Translations under genes and position numbers: made by a program
Shown here: positions 31,228 through 43,820 of the stretch, in pieces
How the letters are laid out: each line of letters starts with the position of its first letter
Position numbering within the stretch: position 1 is the stretch's first letter
Assembly (NCBI GenBank): GCA_964016885.1
Contig: OZ024742.1
Coordinates: forward strand, 309,318,001-309,382,000
Direction: 5' to 3'
Source: Eledone cirrhosa
Taxonomy: Eukaryota
DNA length: 64,000 bases
Notes under the pieces: generated by a model
What the model saw: only the letters and a program-made list of their open reading frames with translations
Database searches by the model: none
What the model was told of the DNA's origin: nothing

Positions 31228-31312
31228 TTTATTATACAACCAGTCCTTACTAGAATTGCAATTCCCTCAATTCTGGAGCCAGTGGGAATGCCCAAAACAT
31301 CGAGAAGAGGTT
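31228..31312 (+). pseudogene. Short CRE-like relic
   Basis: IIQPVLTRIAIPSILEPVG resembles the CRE II.R.L....IPS.LEP.G segment that precedes the RLE motif. Confidence 0.45.
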
Positions 31313-32799
31313 CGATAAAGTTATAGTGTATTCAATCGGGAATCCAAACTGAATGAAGAATTCGATTTGAGTGTGCGTGTCTTCTCACACGTTTTATCCT
31401 TTTTAAAAATATAAATTGTATTTATTTGTATGCATATTTAACTGAAATAAATGACTTTTTTACATATTAAAAAAACATGAAAATTCACTTCTCAATTTAC
31501 AAAAATTCCCCTCCTTAAAAAATAAAAAGTAGAAAATAGAATGCGATTAAATGACAGAGTAACAGGAAAAAAACATGATAGTAGAAGAAATTCAAATAGA
31601 TAAATAATTTATCTAACCTTATAATTTTGATTGTCGACAATTCAAAAATTCATTACTTTTTGTTTTTCTGTCTTAAGGTAAGTCTCCAAGTTACAGTTTA
31701 GTTGACGACTGTTCATGAATAAGATAGGAAATCTGTTGATTATATTGATCGATCGATTAGACTGATTCATTGATAGTGAATAATACGGTGGTGGCCCTAC
31801 TGCTGCTGTGCTTGTTGATATCGGAATCCTCCGATTCTCAATTTTATCTTGTTGACAATATTGGTAATTCCGGCTTTGGTTGTAATTTACTAAATTTATC
31901 TCTTATCTTTTACCAGATATAGTTTTAGCTCCCGGTTGATTTTATTTAAAAGAAGAAAGTGGTTAGAAATAATAGTTAGAGACAGATAGAGAAATAAAGA
32001 TAGATATATAGATAGATAGATAGATGAGATATAAATATGCCGATAGATAGAAAAAGTAAACACTTAAATACAAATTTCTAACCAAAAGAATTTTGTTTTA
32101 ACCAAACCAAAAGAAAAATAAATCGCACCTAAAACCAAAGAAATCAAAAGAAAGCTTTGGTGGTTTAATATATATTTAGCAACTAGGTATTGCTAGTATT
32201 TATTATCTTGTATGGTAACAGATCCTTGAAATAGCAGTTCTCGGTTCCACTATAACCTTCAACCAATTCAACAGAAAGCTGTTTATAGATGTCGGGGAGG
32301 GGTTGAAGAGAGTGAAAGAAGAGATATACAGAGAAAGTGCGTGGTTGAAATGAAATCGAAAAAGAAAAAAAAACGTCTACTCTAATCCCTAAAATATAAT
32401 CAAGTATCTCATAATTTCAAATCTTCGTTATAATTCAGACTATATAAATTAATTCTAATTGTATATTTTAGAAGAAAAAAATATTTTTACGTAATTTAAT
32501 TATTATTATTTTATTTACGTACAAGCGTGAAGGTATTTTAAATATTGATAAACATTTATTAATTGGATTATTTAAATAATATTATCTTTTATGTTTCAAT
32601 ATAAAAATAACAAACAAAAATATTTGAAAACGCGTGGGAAAGAAGCTAAGCTGTGAAAAATGTGAAAGTGTGGCTTACTGTTGATAGTTCTGTTATTAAT
32701 CAACATTCATAGAGCTACAACATCCTGCATGGTTTCGTAGCGACTCCGGTTGCCGAGTGTTTTCTCAAATTATCAATATTTTCAACAAACATCTTTGAC

Positions 32800-32914
32800 A
32801 TGTTGCTATGGAAGGGTTGGCGATATACCCTTCTAGTCGGCGGCTTAGTGGGCTTTACTCTAGCTGCTGTTTACCCTATAATTATTGATCCTTATTTGAA
32901 CCCCGGCAAATGGC
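32800..32914 (+). CDS. SMIM20: SMIM20 (MITRAC7/phoenixin precursor) homologue, coding exon 1
   Basis: MLLWKGWRYTLLVGGLVGFTLAAVYPIIIDPYLNPGKW then phase-1 GTAAGT donor; TM segment with the GG......A.YPI pattern of SMIM20. Confidence 0.92.
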
Positions 32915-33047
32915 GTAAGTGTTTGTTTATGTAATATGTGTTAAGGGAAAACCGATATGTTTTGTACTAAAATTCTAGCAAATAATAGCTTTTGTCTTGT
33001 CTGGACAGTAATTAATAGAATCGAGAAAAGAATTAATAATAATATGG

Positions 33048-33471
33048 GCACTACCATGCTATTAGCTGTCAGAAGTGAAAGTTTCGTCAACCTTCTTAAT
33101 CGTAAACATCGTTTATTTCCGTATTGTGGAGTTACTTAAATGAAAATATAGGTGGCCCTTAAAAGGGCAAAATTAGAAAACAAATTTAAGTTAATTAGAA
33201 AACAAGTCATAGTTATCAACATCAAATTTTTTTCACCAACCCTATACATGAAATTGATAACCATGACTATGAAAATATAAATGATTAAATCCAATTTATT
33301 TGATAACCATGACTTGTTTTCTAATTAACTTAAATTTGTTTTCTAATTTGGCCCTTTTAAGGGCCACCTATATTTTCATTTAAGTAACTCCACAATACGG
33401 AAATAAACGATGTTTACGATTGAGAAGGTTGACGAAACTTTCACTTCTGACAGCTAATAGCATGGTAGTGT
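33048..33471. repeat. Inverted repeat in SMIM20 intron 1, ~170-bp arms
   Basis: 33048-33218 is the reverse complement of 33300-33471 with a few mismatches. Confidence 0.9.
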
Positions 33472-33842
33472 CATAATATGTGATGAAAATAAACTTTATA
33501 GAAGTGAAAATTTCTCTAATTGTTGACTACATGTATGTATATATATATATTGTTGACTATATGTATGTATATATATATATGGTAATACGAGTCTATTTCT
33601 GAGTTGGTTCTTTCACTACTCAATGATACACGGAATTAATTCATCGTTTGACAATTAATTATTTGAGAACGTGTGAACCTCGTACAGAAGACAGCAAATA
33701 CCCAGAAAAAAATTCATATATATATATATAGTTATAAGGTCAGGTGAAAGGTTAAATATAGTATGTTCATAATATTAGATTGCATAACATGCAGTACATG
33801 TGGGGAGTTTTGTATGATGCTATACATCAGAATATACTTCTG

Positions 33843-34019
33843 CAGACCTGTCAACTCTCCCCGTCCGACGGGGGACATCTCTAACCCATTGGGGGTGGGG
33901 GTGTGAGAGCTATATTATGTGAAAATAAGTATAGCTTTCGTTATGTAAAACCTCCCCGTTTTGGGACACTTTATTTTCATAGTACTCTCCGTTTGGGTTT
34001 TTAGAGGTTGGCAGGTCTG
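33843..34019. mobile_element. MITE with 13-bp TIRs and 6-bp TSD
   Basis: CAGACCTGTCAAC..GTTGGCAGGTCTG flanked by cttctg/cttctg. Confidence 0.82.
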
Positions 34020-34173
34020 CTTCTGCCTACTGATATGTTTATCAGGTCATACTGTTGTATAAACATTGAAAAAGCCACTCCTGAAAGCATATTTTTTTCT
34101 TATAGTCAGTGGTGGTCTTCTTCGCACATGAAAGGACAGCCATCATAAACACACACACACACACATCATATTT

Positions 34174-34350
34174 AATATAAAAATGGCTTCTACGGGACTA
34201 GAACTGTTTCATTCAAAAGAAATCATTTTTCTTGAATGAAACAGTTCTAGTCCTGTAGAAGCCATTTCTATATTGAATATGATGTTTACACTCTACTAAT
34301 ATATTGAGTACCTTACTAACTGTGATTACCCCCGATTGAACCCGAAACTC
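34174..34350. mobile_element. Family A fold-back pair of half-hammerheads
   Basis: Arms 34174-34216 / 34232-34274 both carry GAAACAG ttctagtc CYGTA GAAGCC; junction in helix II, CTGANGA lost. Confidence 0.75.
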
Positions 34351-35319
34351 ATATATATATATATCGAGAGAGAGATCGTAATCATCATTATTTTGCATCG
34401 ACTTTTCCATGTTAGCATGGGTTGGACGGGTTGTTACAGACCAAATCAGTACTTAATCGGAAACACCGTTCTTGTAGCTGAGTCGGGAGACCACTCTTCG
34501 TTCAGTAGGTTTCGTTGAGCTGGGAGCCCTTCTTAACGCCAGCCATTTTACAGAAAGATTTTGGTGGCATTTTATCATGGCACCAGCACCAGGTGTAGTC
34601 ATGTCCTTAACATAACTAAAGAGTTCTCTCTATCCTTATTTAGCATAATTTATACGGCTGGGTGACCTTGCTATCACCATTCCATTGCCTACTTTACAGA
34701 GTGTACAGAGTGCGTTTTATAGTTGCATCATCACCAGAGATACAGGACAAGTGGTGGAGGCATGGAAAGGAATTAGTGGAGTGCAATATGATTAACTACC
34801 GGTATGGGATTGAATAGAAGTGTAAAGAGGGGAGAATGAGGAATGGATAACAGCATAAGGTAGATGTTAACCAAGAGCTGTATAGGAGAGACAATGATGT
34901 GTCCTTAATGTGACTTCAGACTTCTCTCTACATTAAGTTGTTAGTGTTGAAATACCAATTATTTAACAGAATGTACCAAATACCTTTTCTAGTGAAACCA
35001 ACACATTAAACCTCCCTACTCTCCACCATCAGCACAGAGTTGGCTACCTGCAGGTGTGAACCTCACGAACTGGAATGGCTCTTTCAGCGTGTCTCCCTCA
35101 CCATCCTCTGGAGAAATACCGCCTCTATTCTGTCCACCGGATACTGCAAGTAGGCCAATGCTTGGGCCCCCATTTGCTCATAATAGTGAGAGATGGGGAG
35201 AGACAGAGGCAGTGTCTGTGGAAGTTTGGTTTGTTTGTGTTCAGACCTGGTGTATATATATATATATATATGATTCACGGACACACACTCACTGAGGCAA
35301 TTTAATTTTATGATATGTA

Positions 35320-35370
<51 letters not shown>

Positions 35371-35756
35371 TTGTATGTATGTATATAATATATATACATA
35401 TATGCACACAGTGTGTGTTTAAGTCAATGTGTTTAATATAAAATTCTCCTTTTATTATATTGTCACCATCCCTAAGTAACTTTTTCCCCAAGTACAACTG
35501 TTGACCTTTTATATAGATTATATAGTTCCACCCTTGGAAGCAGAGAAAAGCGGATATAAAATGATGATGATGATATACCAGGTAGATTAATGTGTTACAA
35601 GAGAGTTAACTTTTGAAGTTATAATTTGTTTACTTCAACACACTTCAACACAACATACACGTGGTTTCTGCATATTTCCTGCTTACAAACTCCACCCACA
35701 AGGTCATTAGTCAATGACACTAGCTTAAGAGATGACTCTAAAGTCACATGGTTATG

Positions 35757-36053
35757 AAGTGATCTTCTTGAGCTAGCTCAAGGGATGAACCTGGAACCAG
35801 ATGGTGATAAAGTGATCTTCTTGAGCTAGCTCAAGGGATGAACCTGGAACTAGATGGTGATAAAGTGATCTTCTTGAGCTAGCTCAAGGGATGAACCTGG
35901 AACCAGATGGTGATAAAGTGATCTTCTTGAGCTAGCTCAAGGGATGAACCTGGAACCAGATGGTGATAAAGTGATCTTCTTGAGCTAGCTCAAGGGATGA
36001 ACCTGGAACTAGATGGTGATAGTGATCTTCTTGAGCTAGCTCAAGGGATGAAC
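35757..36053. repeat. 53-bp minisatellite, ~5.6 copies
   Basis: Unit aagtgatcttcttgagctagctcaagggatgaacctggaaccagatggtgata; gatcttc at 35761, 35814, 35867, 35920, 35973, 36024. Confidence 0.95.
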
Positions 36054-38394
36054 CATTCTAGTGGTATCTGAGTCAAGCAAAGAGGCTGATAGTGATGTGG
36101 TTGTTTTCAACTGTTTGCATGTCATTTGAGGTGTCTGAAATGAATGTGATAAGGACAGAAGTTTGCAGGACCAGATAGATTGCCTTTCTTGAGTGTGGTG
36201 GTAGTGATTGTATATATATATATATCATGTAATTCTATATATTCAGATAGATTCTTATAGAGAGTTTGGTGAGGATAAGTACTAGTTCTAGTGTGCACTA
36301 TTTCAGGGTAATGAATCTGGTTGCTTTGTTGTATTAGAGATAAAAATGTTAGAAATTTGGCACCTAGCCTTACCAGACTCCACATATAAAATTAGATGAT
36401 GTGTATTTGGATGCAGCATGGCTGAATGGTGAAAAAGTTTCTTTTGTTAACATTAGGTCTCAGGTTTGTTCCCAATGTGTGGCATCTTATGCAAGTGTCA
36501 TTTACCTTAGCCTCGAGTTAACTCAGGCATTGTGAGTGAAATTGGGTAGACAGAAACTGTTTGGAAGCCTGTTGAATGGACTGTACCTGTAATTCAAAGG
36601 GCCAGCCTTATCGTTCACTGTCTCATGCTGAATCTCCCTGAGAATGATGCTATGTGTACACGTGTCTATGGAATCCTCATCCATGTACATATAAATTTCA
36701 TGAGCAGTCTGTTCGTTGATCAAACAACTGAAACAATCATTGTCAAAACCAACAGAGGTTGATTGATCAGTCTTATGGGGTAGAAGGAGGAGTTGTATGT
36801 AAGTGTGTATGGAGTGTAGGGTTAACTGCAAGCTAGCAACAAATCTCATAACTTTCTCTGGGAGTGTTACAGAGCCATCTTGGCAGGTTCTACAAAGTTT
36901 CTTGAGAAACTCATAACAAAGTGTCAGAAGGCTCTACTGCAAATTGAGAGGCATAAAAGCTTATAGCCTGTGTACAACACATGGGATTGTTATAACGGGA
37001 TGTTTTTATCTTTTTGTGCATATCTAATTTTGTGAAATACAAATATAAGAGTAGCTGATAAAGTTAATTGATTGTGCTGATTTAGACTTTTACCTTGTTT
37101 ATTCTGACCATTTTAATTTTCATCTAAACAGTTTCAGTTTGATTTACAACAAGAAAACATGTTATCAGTATTAGGTTCATGTGTTGGATGACAGACAACG
37201 TTTACTGTTGTGATTATGTTGGTGTAACTGAGCAAGATGGAAAGTTGTTAGAGCTTCATATAGAATGCACTCTAAATTCACATCACACTGAAGTCAGCTT
37301 TACCATTCATCTTTTCTGAGTCAATAAATGAAGTACTGGTCTTGAGCAATAGATTGGTGTAATTGTCAAAGCATCGACCAAGATGTCTTGCAATATCTAT
37401 CCTGGAATGTCTGTTGTGATACTGGCACCATGCTGTATGGGATCTTGTCTTTCCTTTAGATTACATCGATGGCATGGAGAGGGGAGATATGCATGTACAG
37501 GCAACTGCTGGTCTTCCATAAAAAGAACCCACACCTTGAAAAAGAACTTTCCAGAGGCAGATTCTTGATTTCATGAGACATACAGGGACTGTGAAACCTG
37601 AACAAAGCATATCATAATTCTTCCTATTAGTTTACTTTGACTGAACAAAAATACTTTCTCCTTCTGTATCATGGTTGAGTGATGAGCTGCTGGGTAAGCA
37701 TTCAGGTGTAAAAATAATCGACTATAAAAGGGTATTGGTAACTATTGAAGTTTACATGTGTTTTGATCCCTAATTGGGACTATTTTACTTGACTTACACT
37801 GTTAATTCCCTTGTTAAAACATGAAGGTCACTAAATGAGTTGTATTCCTCTAGGCATGATACCCATTCCTCACTTTTCCCATTTAATTGTTGTTACAGCT
37901 CACATTTTGCATGTTTCACCAGCATAGTGTGAAATTGAAGCTCATAGGAGGTTTCTTGTGAATTTTTATGATAGTGACGCCAGTCCTATCATTTATTTCT
38001 AATTATGGAGAAGTTATTGATGTTTAACTTGGTTTATCATAGTTGAATGAGATAAATAAACTCAAGTACAAAGTAAATAGAGCTGGAGTTTGCCTTATAT
38101 AAATATCTAATTCTGTTGCTAAGATATGACATATTAGGTAGTTTATCAAAAGTTGTTTAACCTGAGATAGATCTAATCATTTAACAAAGAATATCTAATC
38201 AATCTAATTGAGAAAATCAACAAATACTACTGTCTAGGTGTGGTTTAATTAATTACTGATTTATGCTACTAATGTGAAAGTTTGCACCCTAACGATTTGT
38301 GTGTTAGGCTTCAATTCAACAGCTAGCTTGGACTTGACAATATCCCTACATCTCTTTACCAGACACTTAGCATAGACTTTACTGGAGAGGTTTA

Positions 38395-38715
38395 ACAGTG
38401 CTGTGAAGACTGAGACACTCATCCTCTCAAGGAAGCCTATGCAGTGCACTATACATGTGAATGGGGTTCCTCTAAAGTAGGTGAAGAAATTCAAGTATCT
38501 CAGCACCATGTTCATGAGTAATGGAAGGCAGGCGGCTGAATTAAGTACAAGAATTTCAAGAGCTGGTGCAGTAATGCACCAGCTTCAGAAGAAGGGAGCT
38601 AGGTATAAAAGCCAAACTTGCTATCTTCCATTCAGTATTTGTGCCAAGCCTTATCTTGGGTAATGACCAAAAGAATGTGATCACAAACATAAGTGGCTGA
38701 AATAGGGTTCCTCGG
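38395..38715 (+). mobile_element. Degenerate RTE-type LINE RT fragment
   Basis: KTETLIL..VKKFKYL; homologous to 25075-25360. Confidence 0.65.
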
Positions 38716-40163
38716 AAGTAGGAGTAGGAAGCCTCAATTGTAAGATATCGGGATAGATTCCCAAACTGTACAACACATTGTTCCAGTCCACTCAGCTGAA
38801 AAAAATTTACTACCAGCAGCAGCTGGGGAATTAAACTTGTAACAGACTAGCTTTCCATCCTAGGGGAAGTTTTGTTGTCTGTTACTTAATGCTAATGACA
38901 CTGAAATAAGTTCCTGGCTTTCAAACTTCTGGACTTGGAACAACTACTTTTAATGTTATTACTAATACATTTTTTTTTATTGCTGTTCCAAAGTGATATA
39001 TAGGTGACAACTTCACAAAGTTAAATTGGCAGTATTTGATCCAGCTCTGTGCACACTCTGTTTAAATTCCACTGTGATCAATTTTGCCTTCTATTATTTT
39101 GATGTCAATAAAATAGGGTAGCAGTCTAGGGTGATGGACGAACGAAATTGGTGAATTTTGTTCCAACATTTTGCATTCTGAGTTCAAATATTGTTGTGGC
39201 CTGCCTACTTGGGTGGTAGATTTAATCCATCACCAGTTTTAACATCTCCACCTGGCTCTTGGGTGGTAGATTTAACCTTTAACAAATTTAAAACCATCAC
39301 CTGGCTTGAGTGGTAGATTTACCCGTCACTTGGACCTGGGGTGCCTTTAGTGGAGTCCACTCTACCTCAAGCATTCAGTCCAGGTCTTCAGTTTGAGGAT
39401 ACCTCCCTCCTTCCCACCCACCAGTCTCGGAGACCAGAAAAAGTCATGAGTACTGCAGTTTCTCCCTCACTAAACAAGAGAAGAATATGATTTGAATACA
39501 AAATTCACAGAATTAAAACTCATTTTGTTGGATATTAATGGGTGCTTGATTTAGGCACAAGGCCAACAATTTGGGGGGAGGGGAAAGTCGATTGAATCGA
39601 CCTCAGTGCATTACTGGTACTTTATTTTATTGACCCCTGTAATGGTGTTCGACGCTCTACCGATATTGCTTTTAAAAGTGTGCCAAATCTGTGAGATAAC
39701 TTTATCTCCCTTAGTTTCAAATGTCCACAAGGCACCTCTATGCGGTAGCTCAACCTATTAGAAATAACAACAAAATCTCATCAACACTTAACGTTCGTTT
39801 TCTCCGCCAACAAGAGTAGTACTGGATACTAATAAAAAGACAGGATAGGTTTTGCGCCTAAAATGTTCCAGTCCTAGGCACAAACCCGGTTTTTTTTTTA
39901 CCAAGTGGAATTTGGTAGACGTTAACTACAGAAGCCCGTTATATATGTGTTTGTGTCTGGCTTGGTTTATATCCCGTAAACTTAGCGGTTCAACAAAGAG
40001 AGATGGATAAAATAAGTACCAAACTTAAGAAAATAAGTGCTATAGTCGATATGAACGACTAAATCATGGCTCAGCATGTTTCAGTCTAATGACCGAAACC
40101 AGTAATAAAATAAAAGAATAAACCCACACACTAGTAATAGAATATCCGAATGCACTCAACTCC

Positions 40164-40497
40164 TATTCTCGAGTTCCAAATAATAGGTGGGGGGTAATTT
40201 CTCTAGGTTTCCGTTGATTTTTTTTTTAAAACCAGATTTAGTCATTTAGTTTACATATTGAGACCCCCGCCCATCCTATTTATTTTATAACGTATGGGAT
40301 TTTTCGTAATGTACTATTTTATCATGTATAATATTTTTTAATGTCTAAAGAAAATTAATTGTCGCAAGAATGCTACCATTTAAAATAAAAATTTCGCCGG
40401 TGATAGATTAGCGAAATTTAATAAGCGTGGGGAGGGGTGAAAAAATCTGAAAAATTAATAAGTGGGGGTGGGGGCGATTATTTAAGACCTGAGAGTA
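40164..40497. mobile_element. MITE-like element
   Basis: tattctcgagttccaaataatagg..cgattatttaagacctgagagta; homologous to 29145-29426. Confidence 0.55.
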
Positions 40498-41175
40498 CTT
40501 TATGTTTAGAGTCTTAAATAAATCTTATTTTTTCAGGTAGTAAGAATTTATCGGAAGCACTTACACGAAGGGAGTGAACTCTTGATAACAAGTTTAACGT
40601 TTTCATTGTTTCTCAGGCCACTCACTGTTCAAGGGCACATTACTCTCCTGACCTTTGTCACTGAAAATAAGAGTGGATGTTTTTTTTTACGTCCTGTTGT
40701 GAAATGATTTTCTCCAAAATTTGCTTACCAATGTAAACATCTGGCATCTGTGTGTATGTGTGTATATATATTAATATGAGTTTCAAAAGATCTCGTTAAG
40801 GATGAAAGCAGCGATTCTTTGCTTAAACTTTAAAATCGGTTATTTTAATAGATATTTGCTCTATGGTTTTTATATATTTGATATATTATCCTTATCGAAC
40901 CCTCTTCGGATTTTAGTCTTCATATTATTAATACTATATATAAATATATGTGCATGTGTGTGTGTGCATATATGATGGCTGCAACTCGATTTCAAGTAAT
41001 GTCATTGCGTGATACTTAAGCATGGGTATCACGGACGTGGCTCTTTAGTCCCGCTAGGAACTTGCCTATGGCCAGCAATACTATGCACCGCGAAAAAATG
41101 TCACATATCAAGCGATGCCTGTGCTTGAATCTTTTTAAGTGAGGAAAGACTTTGCACGTGACCAATCCCACTCTC

Positions 41176-41210
<35 letters not shown>

Positions 41211-41213
<3 letters not shown>

Positions 41214-42342
41214 GTCAGAAATGCAAAGTATGGGTGCATAAAAGATGTAGTGGGATCACAGGTAAGCTAACTAAGAACATAGATTTCACATGTGGCCGGT
41301 GCACTGGTGCAATAAGTAGCAGCAAGTGCCCACAAAATACTAGCTCTTTCAACTGCGCAGAGGGCTCAATAGAAATAGTGGACAGCTTCCATTACCTGGG
41401 TGACAAAATCAGCAGTGGGGGAGGGTGCTCTGAAAGTACAGTAGCTAGAGTCAGAACTGGATGGAAAAAGTTCAGAGAGCTTATACCACTATTAGCCGCT
41501 AAAGGGTTCTCCCTAGAAGTGAAAGGCAGGTTGTATGATGCCTGCATACGAACAGCAATGTTGCATGGCAGTGAGACCTGGGCATTGTGTGAAGAGGATA
41601 TACGCAGACTAGAGAAGAACGAAGCTTGCATACTCCGCTGGATGTGTAATAGTAATATACGTGAACAGCAAAGCATAAACGAAATAAGGAAAAAATGAGA
41701 AATAAGAGGGATCAGATGTTGTTTACTCGAGAGAAGGCTACGTTGGTATGGACACGTGATGCGCATGAAAGTCGATAGCTGTATAACAAAGTGCAGGGCA
41801 ATAAAGATAGACGGTAGCCACGGAATAGGCAGACCTAAAAAAACCTGGGACGAGCTGATAAACTCCGACCTCACACACTTACACCTCTCCAAGACAATGT
41901 CACTGGACCGAGACCTTTGGTGGTACTCAGTAATAGAGAAGACCCGCCTTACCTAAATACATAGTAAAACCTACTACAGTCAGTAGGCATCTCTAACAAA
42001 ATACACCCCCGTCCCACCACCCCCACCCCATCCACACCGCCCCCTTCTATGTAAAGTTACGTTGGTGCCACACCATCCAGGCCGAAACAAATGAGATCGT
42101 GTAGGTGTCACGACAAAAAAACACACAGTCCACGCTGTAATGTGGCCATGTAGGCAACACGGTAAAAACCTCCCAGACCCACACTGTAAATGTGGTTGGT
42201 GTTAGGAAGGGCATCCAACTGTAGAAAACCTGCCAGACAGTCCTATGCGAGCAAGACAATCACTCTTGCCTCAAGTGGGAAAACCCCCGTCCAAACCCAT
42301 GCAAGCGTGGAACACGGACGTTTAACGTTGATGATGATGATA
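41211..42342 (+). mobile_element. 5'-truncated RTE LINE (lineage 1) in SMIM20 intron 1, sense orientation
   Basis: Highly similar to 12010-13143; premature stop at 41696; (GAT)n tail. Confidence 0.93.
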
Positions 42343-42362
42343 TATATTATTTTCAATTTCAG

Positions 42363-42419
42363 AGGAATTACAGAAAGCTGGAAGAAAAGGAATTGACAGA
42401 GAAAAGATTCAACCTGGAG
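42363..42419 (+). CDS. SMIM20: SMIM20 homologue, coding exon 2
   Basis: ttttcaatttcag acceptor, 57 nt phase 1/1, (Q)ELQKAGRKGIDREKIQPG(G), GTGATT donor; aligns with vertebrate Q..NR.GI..E.VQP.G. Confidence 0.92.
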
Positions 42420-43661
42420 GTGATTATATAATCTTTCTTTTTCTTTATATTAAAAATAGCGATTTTGCTTTTGTTCATCTGTCTACTTTCTTTTTCTGCC
42501 TTCTTTCTTCTCTCTCTCGGTACTGATTTTCCTATGTACGACATAGTAAAGCAGCGCATGATCAATTGAGACAGTCGTTGTTTATTGCTGTATATGTACA
42601 GAGATGTTTATAACCTGTTATGTTTGCAATGCAGGAAAATATTGAAAAACTTTAACAATTTTAATTCTGGACCCCCTGATGTGAGAGATACAACACTAGC
42701 CATTGAGGTGGGTGGGGTAACTAGGCCTGTTTTTTTTTGTGGGGGGGGGGGGGGGCGTTATAGTGAAGAGATAATACTCTGGTCACATCAATGTCACTAC
42801 AATATTTTTAGTGCTGGTGCCACTATAAAATGCACACAGTATATTCTGTTAAGCAGTTGGCATTAAGAAGAGAACCAGCTGTTGAAACCATGGCAAAAAC
42901 AAAATGTATTGAGCAAGACATAGTCCCCCATTTAGACATGCCGTTGTGGATAAATTTATATAAAATGATGGTAGTGATCTAGCTGATTAGTTCAGATAGA
43001 AGGGAAAAGTAGGCATATTTTTTAGGGTGTATAGTTAATTAGTTAAAATAGAAGAGGCAGAGCTAGATGGTTGAATCTACTCTTCTTTCTTCTTCATGTC
43101 TTCTTTTATTCGGCACTCCTAACTTGTCTGTATAGTTTTTATCTTCTTGGCAATGGCTGAAAGAAAGCTGGTACACTTACATATGATCCCGCTATCTTCT
43201 GAGTGCACTGGGCACATTGTTTTGATGCCAGCACTAGGGAGATTGGTATGTCTTTCACACACAATTGAAGAGTCCTCCTGGCTTTTTGTTTGTCAAGTTT
43301 CCTATAGCTGGATGCCATTCATATCACCAACCGATTTACAGAGTGTATTGAGTGCATTTATCATGTCAACCAACACTAGAGGTTGTTATGCCTTTGCCAC
43401 AACTGAAGAGTCAACATGACCTTTTTAGTATGCTTTCTACAGCTGGATGCCCTTTCAATCTCCAATCAGCTTACAGGGTGTACTGGGTGCATTATTTGTG
43501 ACACAACTACTAGAGAGGTTGTCAATCACTGGCTCGACTAAAGGGTCTCTCTACTCTAGGGGAGGCAGAGTAGGATGGTGGGTAAGAGGGATAACAAGTA
43601 TATGTTAAGGTGATGTGGAGGAGTAAATATTTAGTTATTCTGTTTTGTTGTTCTGTTACAG

Positions 43662-43702
43662 GAATGAAAGTGTGGACAGATCCATTTGCCAAGAAAGAAT
43701 GA
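43662..43702 (+). CDS. SMIM20: SMIM20 homologue, coding exon 3
   Basis: tgttctgttacag acceptor, (G)MKVWTDPFAKKE*; matches the conserved GLKVWSDPF motif. Confidence 0.93.
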
Positions 43703-43800
43703 AAAAGCTGTCAACTCCAAGGATGTTTGCAGTGTACTGAAATGTGACTTTAGTGGCAACTCTATAGAATTTTGGGATGGAAAGAATGTTTTATATTGTT

Positions 43801-43820
43801 AATAAATCAATGTTAATAAA
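43801..43820 (+). terminator. Tandem AATAAA poly(A) signals of SMIM20
   Basis: AATAAA at 43801 and 43815, about 100 nt after the stop. Confidence 0.7.

Noticed and set aside
31670-31870. Plus-strand AAG/GTAAGT donor and a signal-peptide-like stretch VVALLLLCLLIS
   Set aside because: No in-frame ATG or compatible partner exon found.
35757-36053. CRISPR-like array (palindromic repeats)
   Set aside because: Intervening sequence is invariant, no cas genes, eukaryotic context.
36060-36400. Possible Penelope ORF relic
   Set aside because: No RT or GIY-YIG motif could be read with confidence.
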